Shown here: positions 12,807 through 23,092 of the stretch, in pieces
How the letters are laid out: each line of letters starts with the position of its first letter
Position numbering within the stretch: position 1 is the stretch's first letter
NCBI GenBank assembly: GCA_973895155.1
Contig: OZ316899.1
Coordinates: 8,373,241-8,437,240, forward strand
DNA: 64,000 nucleotides
Direction: 5' to 3'
From: Marsupella aquatica
Taxonomy: Eukaryota > Plantae > Marchantiophyta
Translations under genes and position numbers: made by a program
The notes under the pieces: model-generated
What the model was told of the DNA's origin: nothing
Databases searched by the model: none
The model's input: the letters and a program-made list of their open reading frames with translations, nothing else

Positions 12807-15800
12807 TGTCACGTCTTCAGCCTAGGCCTTACCCGGGCTTTGGCTTAGATAGGCACATCCTTCGTAAATATGAGGGTTTGGGCAGGGAAGGAAGCACGGA
12901 ATGCACCTAACTCACATAAACTAGCGCTAAGTGCGTCTACTGTTATTTACGAACACCTCCTAGGTATGGTTTGTGTTCTGCCGCCAAAATGTACCTTAGT
13001 TGATAGCAAGATCAACCCCGGCTTACGGGCTTCTAAGCCTTTGTGTTGTCTGCCTTCAATCCGGATTTGATGATACAGTTACTCAACCCGTGCTTGCAAC
13101 CACTTACCCGCAAGCTGCACCCCGTGCACGGTTTGGGTAGTGCGTTCGGCCAAGCGTTGGCATCCATACACAAGATTCACACATATGCACACGCACAAGC
13201 ATACAATCTTGATTTACATGAAGGAAATAATGGGAAAGGATTTTACTACATAGGGGACATACACGTACACTTAGTTGACCCGAAAGCTCTCAAATGAACA
13301 GGTCCAAGGTCGAGGGTGTACACTACAATGGAGCCCGGCTCCGCACTTGCCCAACAAGCTTAGTCTTACCCCCTCCCCTTGGTACTCTTTCACTCACAGA
13401 GATTGGGACTCCCCGCACATACCGCGGATGTCCGACTCTGAGACTAAAAACCCCCTGCCTCTATCGAGGGGTGCACTAAATACTAACGGCTTGTCTTATT
13501 AGAAGATCCTAATCTACGCAGGCTGGACAGTATGGCAGCGCCACTTTAACTAGGGCAAGCGCTTGTCCCTATAGCCCGATTTAGCTACTCCTAACTTTAT
13601 TTTAATCCTACTCCGCCGCTAATGCCTGGCACGCTTGCCAGAGCCTGTCAGTATCCTACTTGAGTAGCTGGACCCGGTCCAGCAGAGATTCGTTCTCACG
13701 CTTTGCCGTGTCCGTCTCTTCCGTGGCCTCCTGACATGCCTCCTCTGGCCAGTTGCTGGACGTCGCTCGTTAGCTTATCCACCAATTGGGCTTGCTTTGT
13801 GGCCTCTCCCTGAAGCCGTGCTACCTCTATCTTCAGGGTGTTAATCTTGGCTGCGTTCCGCTGAGATCGAGAGTCAGCTTTCTCCAAATCCTTTTGCCAA
13901 CTGACGGCTTGTCCCTTCAAACCGTCAATCTTGGTCCAGAGCCGTGCAATCTCGGAGTTCTTTTCAAGCCCGGCCTGCTCTGCTAAGGCTGCTCGGGTCC
14001 TGGCCTCGGCAACCTGATCCTCCATGGCCGTTACCCGAGGTCGTAGTTGCTGGAGTTTAGTCTCTAGGGCTACCACTTTGTCCTTCAGGTAGGCAGACTC
14101 AACCTGGTATTGCTCTATTCTCTGCGTTGTCTCCGCTTGCGCATATCTTGCCTTTACGGCCGCAACCAACTCCTGGTTGAAGAAGTAGGTCACCTTCTGT
14201 GCCATGTATTCCCCGATATCCCATGAGATCTGCTACAAGAAATCTCCCAACAACCCGTCAGAAACGTGCCCGACGCAAAGAGTTCTGGATGGTCCAGACT
14301 ATTTCCATCTAGATTCGGGCACGGGCAGACCCCAACCCACGAGGGAGTCGGAGTGGAAACATCCAGCCCTTCAGGTAAGTCGGTCGAAGGGGCTAGTTCC
14401 ATCGGGCGGTTCTCCTGCACGGCCATTGGGGGTGGCGGGATCTCCTCAGCCACCGTAGTGTCGGGTTTGGGTCCGGCCTCAGCCGGCCCAACTTTGATTG
14501 CGTTGACCCGGTTGATCGCTTCCAAGGTCGCGATAACTGTGTCCATGGGTACGTTTGGTGGGGTGATAGTGGTTGGTTGCGGGGCCAGAGAAGTAGGTCT
14601 TGCGGCTACCAGGCTTTGGGCTTCGGGCTGTGGTCGCCTCTCCTGAGCTAGGATTACCCACTTTGATAGAGTCAATTCTGTCTCGTTGCAACAGGGAAGG
14701 CTTTGGCGGTCAAAATGGGCGTACCATTCAATGATAATCTCGATATGGCTCGTGAAGTACGCCTTTCCGCCAAGGTACAAGGTCTTCCTTCTCCGCTCCA
14801 TCTCTTCGTGGAACTTCTTAACAAAGAAGGACGCCCACTTCCTAGGCCAAAAGTTCTCTACTTGTATGACCTGGGCGGCGGATATTTCACCCCGTGGTTC
14901 CATCATATGGAGGGCATACCGCTGGAACTCTAGCCGTTCAGCTACCTCCGGGATGAGGCACGTCCTCATCAAGAATCCGTTGTCCACTGCTCCCTCGGTC
15001 GGGAAGCTAGAAGACTGGTATTTAGCTCCCTTGCCCCCAGGAGCCCGCGACTCTACCCGGTTTATTCCCTCGGGTAGGCCGAAAATCATCTTCAAACAGG
15101 CCTCATTGAGACACATCACTCTCCCGTGCGCTTGGGTTTGTTGGCGGGCCTCGTCGAAGTTCTGAATGAACTCCATCATATCCTGCTCGTAGTATCTGCT
15201 TCCATTCCAAGGGAGAGAGGCAAGGTGCTCAAGCCCTTGGGTCTTCAGATAGCATGCATGCTTGGGGTGGAGGATGTTCTTTTGAACATTCTCCCCCATG
15301 CAATGCATGGTTAGCTTGGCCACTGCAACCGTGGCCAAAGGCAACCCTGATATAGCTGCGGGTTCCTTTCTCTTTCTACCCTGAGACTGATTCTCGGGGT
15401 GACTAGAAGAGGGGGATATCTCTCCTTCCTCTTGGTCAGGCGGTGGTAGCGCTATTGCCGTGAGTATTGGTGTCGGGGCCGCTAAAGTCACCGTGTTATC
15501 CCCTCAGGCTTGTTGGAGTGGCATCGGGTTGCTTGGCGCCTGTTGAGTCGTACCCCGCGGCCGTCGATTCAGAGGAGGGTGAGCTTCCTTGTTTTTGGAG
15601 CTAATATTCATCGCATTCACCACGGATCATACTCGGAGAGGTGGTGCGACCGATGGTGGGGATCGGCTTGGCCAAGGCCGAGGCGGTGTTGGTGCAGACA
15701 CGGATTGGTGGGCGCCAGCTGCAACTGGGGGAGGCGTCATTAGATTCAGGTAGTTCCTGGGGAAGTCGAGTGATGTTAGGATAGGAGTCTCACTTGTTTG

Positions 15801-16640
15801 AGCAGGGCCAAACTGACAGTCGATGGAGGTTTGAACCCGGGCGGGGATATGGTCGTAATGATGTGGCTGCAAGTCTAGTGTGCCCGGGAGATGGTAAACC
15901 TTGTCCGGAAGCCAAAGAAGTGCTTCCCAAAATCCGACGTACTTCTCGTCGACAAAGAAGTATTTGCTGATTTTGTCGACTCAGCAAAGCTCACTCTGAA
16001 AAGGGAGGGCAAAGTTGTGGTTATAGTGATTTTGACCGGCTAAACAAATGGCTCTCTTGTAAGCTGGTTCGGTGTCGTATCGGCGCGGGTTGACTTTGGC
16101 TAAGGACTTGGCTAAGTGACTCCTACGGATAGGAATTGCAGCCAAAATTGAAGGGCCAAACTGGACAATATCGTGACAGAATCCAGGAGTGACGGTGGGC
16201 GACTTAGGAGGGATGAAGTGGCTGAGGTTGAAGCTGGCGCGCGGAATGGAGTGTGAGTGTAATGCAAGAGAATGGCCCTCCTTTTATACTCTGAGGGCTC
16301 ATCGTCCGACCGGCCCCTCCTCTCTTCCCATAGGCCAAGCTTTTCACGCTCCAATTGTACTGGCCACTTGCGGGTCCGGTTTAGAGCATGTCAACAGCCG
16401 CCTTGGAGAATTTATACGAACCCGAAGTGTCCCCTTACACGCTCGTAACCCGGGAGTACAAATGGCGCTTCGCCGCCATCCCGAACATAAATGCCCCTTA
16501 TTAACTAATGATTCCCTAGCCATAAGTACTACCTACTTGGTGTTGTTATGCTAATAACTACGGCCTACGGTGCCCCTAACAAGCGTGCTAAGCACGGCTA
16601 GGCCAAATCAATCATTAACCGCCGTGCTGGCGGCGTCACA
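12807..16640 (-). repeat. 3' LTR of E1 (3834 bp), containing a TATA box and an accessory ORF
   Basis: Starts TGTGACG right after the PPT and ends CGTGACA. 12807-13260 matches 22638-23092. 13256-15226 matches 6076-8156 inverted. TATAAAAGG on the minus strand at about 16281-16289. Confidence 0.85.
13600..15740 (-). pseudogene. E1 LTR-encoded accessory protein (plant-transposon-protein/Athila ORF-like domain plus C-terminal coiled coil), with stops and a frameshift
   Basis: ORFs 14190-15491 and 13696-14205, with an in-frame upstream ATG at 15740. Motif GLEHLASLPW..MMEFIQNF..HGRVMCLNEACLKMIFGLPEG, followed by a heptad-rich region. End coordinate approximate. Confidence 0.7.
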
Positions 16641-16655
16641 TAGCTCCCCGCTTAA
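16641..16655 (-). promoter_or_regulatory. Polypurine tract of E1
   Basis: TTAAGCGGGGAGCTA directly before the TG of the LTR. Nearly identical to the E2 tract at 27797-27811. Confidence 0.75.
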
Positions 16656-16659
16656 TTAT

Positions 16660-19600
16660 GAAGCGTTCTTGCAAACATCACTATCGGCATCATCGTCCTG
16701 GTGGTGGTACTTTTTCACACGATGTAACTAACTTGTGTGGGAAGTAAATCGCCGGCGTACGTCGCAAGGTCAAGAGATCCGTTTGGGTAGATTTGATTCA
16801 CCAGGAACGGGCCCAGCCAGCGAGTATGAAGCTTCCCCGGAAATTGCATGTACAAACTGTCGTACAGAAGGACCAGGTCGCCCGTCACGATGTCTACCTT
16901 CCGTAGTCCCTTGTCGTGCTGGTTCTTGGAAGCTGCCTGCTGCTTACCCGCATGCCTGCATGGCTGCTAGTAGTCGAGCTTCTTCTAGGGCTTCAATCTG
17001 GTAAGCCCTATCCGAGGAACTATCGGCTTTGGATAAGCGATCCCGAATGCTAACTCGTGGTGTGTGGATCTCGAACTCAATTGGGGCCAACAAATGTTGC
17101 CCAAACACAAGGAAGTACGGACTGTGACTTGTGGTAGTCTTGTACGCCAAATTGTATGAGTACACAACAGCGTATAATTTGTCATCCCAATTGGTTTTAT
17201 GCGTGGCTACAGTTTTGTTGAGAATTTTCCCAATAATACCATTTGCTCTCTCCGTTAGACCGTTTGCCTTTGGGTGGTACGGGGTGGTCTTGCGGTGCTT
17301 GACCAGGTATCGTTCCGTGAGGCGCACGATGGTGTCATTGATGAAATGCATTCCCCAATCGCTGACTAGCTCCAGAGGTGGCCTGAAGCAAGTGAAAATC
17401 TGTTCATGTAAGAACCTGGCACTTGTTGCGGCGTCGTCTTTCACCATAGCCCGTGCTTCGACCCATTTGGTGGAGTAGTCGATGGCTAGCAAGATGTACC
17501 TGCATTTGCGTCTTCGTGTAACTGGAGTGAACGGCCCAATGTAATCAATGCCCCATTTTTTGAATGGTGCAAGTGGAAGTACGGAAGTGAGGGGGTGGTT
17601 GTGGGTTCTTCTTGGGGCGCCAGCCTATTGGCATAGATCGCATCCCTTGATAAAGCTTTGTACATCCCAATGCAACATAGGCCACCAATATCCCGAATCC
17701 AAGATCTTTTGGACTATCATGATAGCCGCAAAATGGCCTCCAACTTCTTCTTCATGCAAGGCCCTCATAACGATGAGCGTCTCCTTGTACTCTAAGCAGC
17801 GTCGTAGTTTCCCGTTAACTCCTTCCTTGTGTAAGTGCCCCTGTATCATGACATATGGTCCGGCCTTCCGTAGAAACACAGCGGCGGCCTCCTGGTTGAT
17901 GCCATCGGGGATGCGGCCTGTTAAGAGGAAGGTGATCATTGAGCCTTACCAGTAGGCATTCCCGCCCCTACGTGGAATAACTCCTCATCCGGAAAAGTAT
18001 CATTAATAGGCTGATCGACAGGTACACCGTCCAATCTTGAAAAGAAGTCGGCGTTGAGGTGTGACTTTCCTGGCCGAACCCAAACTTTGTAGTTGAATTC
18101 CTGGAGGAGTAGCACCCACCGGGCTATCCGTCCCATCACATCCGCTTTGTTTACCATATACTTCAGACTATCATGGTCTGTGTGGAAGATGACTTTATAT
18201 CCAAGCAGATAGTGTTGGAATTTCTTGCACGAGTAGATAATACCGAGAGCCTCTCGGTCGGTGGGGGAGTAATTCTTCTCCACAATGAATAACTGACGAC
18301 TGGTGTAATAGATGGGGTGGTCATGACCGTCCTTGTCGAGCTGACTCAGCACGGACCCGATGCAGGAACCGGAAACATTGATGTATACATGGAATTCTCT
18401 ATTCCAATCCGGGGTAACCATGATGGGTGTTGTGATGAGTTGCCTGCGGAGTTCCTCGACAGCAATCCATCTCCGTGGCGTCTCCTCGATCGCAGCATCT
18501 TTCTTCATCATCTTCGTGAGGGGGAGCGCAATTTTAGCAAAATCTTTAATGAACCGGCAATAATACCCTACGCAGCCCAAGAAGGAACGTACCGCCTTTT
18601 GATCTATGGGGAACACAACCGCCACCTCAATACCCCATTGGGACACACGATGCCAGAGTAGTGCTCCCTCCTCTACCCCAAAAAAACATTTGGCAGGATG
18701 TAGCTTGAGATTAACCTCTCGGCATCGTTGTAGCGTACGCCATAGACGTTTGGGGTGCATGGCAACAGTCCCAAAGATGGCGAAGTCGTCAATAAATATT
18801 TCCATAAATTCCCATAGGAAATCATGGAAGATATTCATCATGAGTCGCTGAAACATGGTCGGGGCGTTACACAACCCAAATGGCATTCTCCGAAATGCGA
18901 ATGTCCCCCATTCCATAGTGAACGTTGTTTTAAGCTGATCTGCGAGGCGGATCCAGATTTGATTATAGCCCGAATACCCGTCAAGGAACGTATAAATTTT
19001 GTTTCGAGCTACCATATCCAGAACCATATCTGTGAATGGTAACGGGTAGTGGTCTTTTCGGGTAGCGTCGTTCAACTTACGATAGTCCTGATAGATGCGG
19101 ATTTTAAGTTTTCCGTCCGTTCCTCCCTTCTTTGGCACAATGACGATAGGGGACACCCAATCACTAGCCATCACCGAGTAGATGATATCCACGGCTAGGA
19201 GACGATCAATCTCTTCTTTTACCAAGATGGAATATCTCGGGTTCATGCAATACTGGCGCTATCATACAACGTGCGCTCCTAAGTTCAAATCAATCGTATG
19301 TTCTCCTAACCCCGGGGAGACTCCAGTCAAGTCATGATGGCTCCATGCAAACACATCTTCATACTCCTTAAGTAGTGATTGGATAGATTTCTCTGCCGAG
19401 CCTGTTAAGGCGTGACCTAAGTTGAAAGTCTTATCCATCCCAATGGTATACTTCCTGTAGTGTTCTTTCCTTACGACCTCCACTTGGTTCCGCAAGCTAG
19501 GGTCCAGGCTAGCATCTAGCTCCGCCAGGCAAACTCCTCTGTACATTGGTGCGGTCGGGATCGGCTCCGGGGTCAAGACTACTTCTTCTTCTGGCGGAAT

Positions 19601-22508
19601 GGAAGGATCCCAAGACACTCGTTTCTTGTGCTTGGTTGCCGGAATTTTGGTTTTGGTCGACGGGCTGGTAGGCCCATGACTAGGAGATTTGGCACTCGTG
19701 ATTATGACATCGGCTCCCGGCTTTGCTGTAGCTGTACTCTTCGTGGTTTTTGTGCTGATGACTTGGTTGGACTGTACCTCTACTAAGGCGTTGGAGGAAC
19801 TTGGGGTGATGTTGGGGGTATCCTCTTTTGGGTAGTTCATGAGATGGGTTTCTCATGTTGCTTCTACTCCAAAAATGTCTTCCTCGGAAAGGGACGAGAT
19901 GAGCTCTATCATGTTGAGCTCTTCTTCCTCCAAGGTCTCCGAATCATATTCCTCGGGTCCCTGTGGGGTTTCACCCTGATAATCGTCCATTGCCCAAGAT
20001 ACTCGTACCGTGGGTGTTCTGAATCGCAACTCTTTCTTTCCCCAATCCATGACTACGCGGCCCCCGTACAGCCAAGGCCTGCCCAAAAGGACCGGATAAG
20101 AGGATGGCCAAACCGGCCTCATGACTAGGAAATTGAGATAGAACTCCACCCCTCCTATGAGAGTGAGCACTTTGGTAAGCGTGCCCAATGGAAGGACCCT
20201 TGCCTTGTTTGCTAACCTGATAGCTTGGGCTGTGGGTTGATACGTGAGGTATCCTAACTTGACTGATGTTTCCTCAGTCATGATGTTGACTCCAGCTCCC
20301 CCGTCCACGAGAACCATCTTGATGGTACAATTATTGATCTCAATCGAGATGTCCGGTGCTCCTAGGTCCTCGCATATCATGTTGCAGTCCGCGATCCCAA
20401 CTTGTGGTAGTCTCCTCCGTCGCCGACCTGTGAGCAACTCCCTCAATTGCCGTTGGTATTGTGGATTGTTCTGCAACAGTTGCCCTACCGTTGCGGTAAC
20501 CGGGCAACTCTTCACGTCTTTCTTAATATCGTAGTCCTCCTTCTTCTCTTCATTCCGCTGCTGCTTGGCTTCTTCCTCCTGCTTTTCTTGCTCCTGTCGT
20601 TGGGCGGCCTCGGTTGCTTTGATTTAGGGGGTATAATAGCTTTGGGTTGTCCCGACGGTAGTCATCGTCCTTCTCCGGGGGTATATCTATCACTGGCTGC
20701 ACCGGCATAGTATCTTGCTTTTTTTGGCGTTTCCCCTCCTATTTGTTTCCTTTCGCTTGGCTCTTGTTGACACGCGGTAGCACTTGGCCTCGTCCAATGG
20801 ATTAGGGTGCTCCACCACATCCACCAGATTTACCCACTTGGTGTTGTCATCGTGCCATTCCACAACAATTTGGATGACTGCATCGCTCGTGGCCGGTCTA
20901 GCTGCGTTTGTTCGAGCGGCTATTACCAATGGACAGTTGGCCGTGGAATGAGCTTCCATTTTGTAGACTTGACATAGTGGCGTGCCTCAGCCATCCCCCT
21001 GCCGTCTTGGTTCAGTGCATTCCCTTGCAAAGTGGCCTGGCTTCTCATAGTTGTAACAAACCGGGGATCGCCAAATCCCTGGCTTAGGGGAATGCTCAGG
21101 TTACTGATAACCTGGAAACTCTTGCCATTGTTTGGGTAGGGGTATGCAGTTCTACCCGCTAAGTTATGTGGACCCACCGTTGAAATCAGGTACACAAAAT
21201 CAGGAGGGTCTTCAAAGAAATACTCTATGGACTCCGATTCAGGTCCCGGGTTGTCAACATCATCCAATTCTACCTGGTGGACTTGGTTCTTCCATCTTGG
21301 GCATTCTTGCACTAAATGCCTGGATTGGAAGCACTTTGAACACCACGCATGTGCTTGAGTCTCGGGTGGCTTCTTCTTCTCCACAAGCTTTTCCGCGAGA
21401 TGTACTGACAGTGCCTTGAGACGATCCGTGAGTTTGTTAAGCTTGTCTGCTTTGGCAGCCTTTGGATTGAGTATTGTTCTTCGAACATGGGGTTTGATTT
21501 TCCCCTCCTTCTTAACCCGCCTCTTCTTCTTTTTGCTCCGGCTCTTGCTCTTCGAATTGCTTCCCAATGAGCTGGAGGTGGAGGATTCGCTGGTCAAAGT
21601 CGAATCCAAACTAGATTCTGTCTCCCAACTGGACGAGGTTGAACGATGTTTCTTCTTCTTGCGTTTCTTCTTCTTCTCGTTGTCAGATTCAGAGTCACTG
21701 TCACTGAAGGTCTCGTACTTGCCCTTCTTGCGGCGTGCCGTTGGCTTCACTGGGAGTTATAAGTGGACTCCCGGTAGGTTTCGGCGCACGCTATGGCCGC
21801 TTGCATTGAAATTGGGTTATTTTGGCGCACCCAAAATTGCATATTCGTGGGCAAACCGTGGAGGAACCACACAAGCTGGAGCGCATCACCTGGCCTGGGC
21901 CGGATCTTGGCGGCAAGTTTTTGAAACTTCTGAATGAACTTTTGCAAGGATTCCTTCTTTCCAATGCGAAGCTGACCGATATTTAATAAAGAGCGTTGCT
22001 CTGATCCAATGGCACGAAACTCTTGCAGCAACGTAGCTTGGAATTGTGCCCATGTAGTCCCGGGTGGCAACGAGTTGTACCATGGACGAGCTTCTCCCCG
22101 CATCACTCCGGGGGGGGACGGTTAGTTTAATGGCGTCTTCCTCGTTGGCCTTAGCAGTGACTTCAAACTCATCCAACCATTCATCCGGATCATCCCCATG
22201 ACGCCCTTTGAAAGGTCGATAATGAAACCGTGACCGTTGTGATATTTTGGGGGAGCTTAGGCAGCGTGGGCCATAGTTAGTGAGGCTGTTGCCATAGGTA
22301 CTGGTGGCAGTGGTGGTGTTGGCGATGGTGCAGCAGGGACCAGAGCAGGACCGGCTGGACCGGACCCCAAAGGTCCCGATGGTATGTTCATTTGTCGAGG
22401 CGATTGTGAATCCTCCGAGCCTGAAGAGTCGGAGCTTGTTGTGGTTGCACTCTCTTGTTTGCTAGTCAATCTCCTCAAGTAAGCTGCTTGAGAACGAGTG
22501 ACGGGCAT
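16660..22508 (-). pseudogene. E1 gag-pol polyprotein, degenerate
   Basis: Gag: MPVTRSQ.., DPDEWLDEF..MRGEARPWY..TWAQF, and CCHC WCSKCFQSRHLVQECP. Protease VLVDGGAGVNIM..YPVLLGRPWL. RT FLDGYSGYNQI and FIDDF. RNase H HPIYYTSRQL. Integrase GGHF..CDLCQ, IDYSTKWVEA, TPYHPKANG and a GPF motif. Many stops and frameshifts. Confidence 0.92.
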
Positions 22509-22605
22509 TTACTCGTATAAATGCGATGGTTAGTAACTAACTAGGGCCTGGTGTACTCTGCCCAGGTGCACCCGCACATGTCTCCCCTCTACTACACGTA
22601 GAGTG

Positions 22606-22624
22606 CCCCCTCCATCTAGCGCCA
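22606..22624 (-). promoter_or_regulatory. Primer-binding site of E1, complementary to the 3' end of plant tRNA-Asn, 13 nt inside the LTR end
   Basis: Minus strand reads TGGCGCTAGATGGAGGGG, versus TGGCGCTAGAAGGAGGGG expected from plant tRNA-Asn(GUU) as recalled (one mismatch). Confidence 0.65.
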
Positions 22625-22637
22625 AAAACAAAGGCTA

Positions 22638-23092
22638 TGTCACATCGTCAGCCTAGGCCTTAACCCGGACTTTGGCTTAGACAAGCACAACCTTTGTAAA
22701 TATGAGGGTTTGGGCAGGGAGGGAAGCACGGAATGCACCTAACTCATGTAAACTAGCGCTAAGTGCATCTATTGTTATTTACGGACACCTCCTAGGTATG
22801 GTTTGTGTTCCGTCGCCAAAACGTACCTTAGTCGATAGTGGGATCGACCCCGGCTTACGGGCTTCTAAGCCTTTGTGTTGTCCGCCTTCGATCCGGATTC
22901 GATGATACAGTTACTCAACCCGTGCTCGCAACCACTTACCCGCAAGCTGCACCCCGTGCACGGTTCGGGTAGTGCGTTCGGCCAAGCATTGGCATCCATA
23001 CACGAGATTCACACATATGCACACGCACAAGCATACAATCTCGGTTTACACGAAGGAAATAATGGGAAAGGATTTTACTACATAGGGGACAT
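22638..23092 (-). repeat. Distal (U5-side) 455 bp of the E1 5' LTR, ending in E2 target-site duplication GACAT (23088-23092)
   Basis: Direct repeat of 12807-13260 with roughly 30 differences by eye, mostly CpG transitions. Confidence 0.92.

Larger units (their letters stand above)
12807..23092 (-). mobile_element. Ty3/gypsy LTR retrotransposon E1 (non-chromovirus, Athila/Phygy/Selgy-like) with ~3.8-kb LTRs; 5' LTR interrupted by E2
   Basis: On the minus strand: partial 5' LTR, PBS, gag-PR-RT-RH-IN, PPT, 3' LTR (TGTGACG...CGTGACA). No chromodomain seen. Confidence 0.9.

Noticed and set aside
12807-13259. Conventional ~453-bp LTR pair (12807-13259 and 22638-23091, both TG...CA)
   Set aside because: The flanks CACTC and TTGTG are not a TSD, and there is no PPT next to 13260. 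The apparent boundary is just the E2 insertion site within a 3.8-kb LTR.
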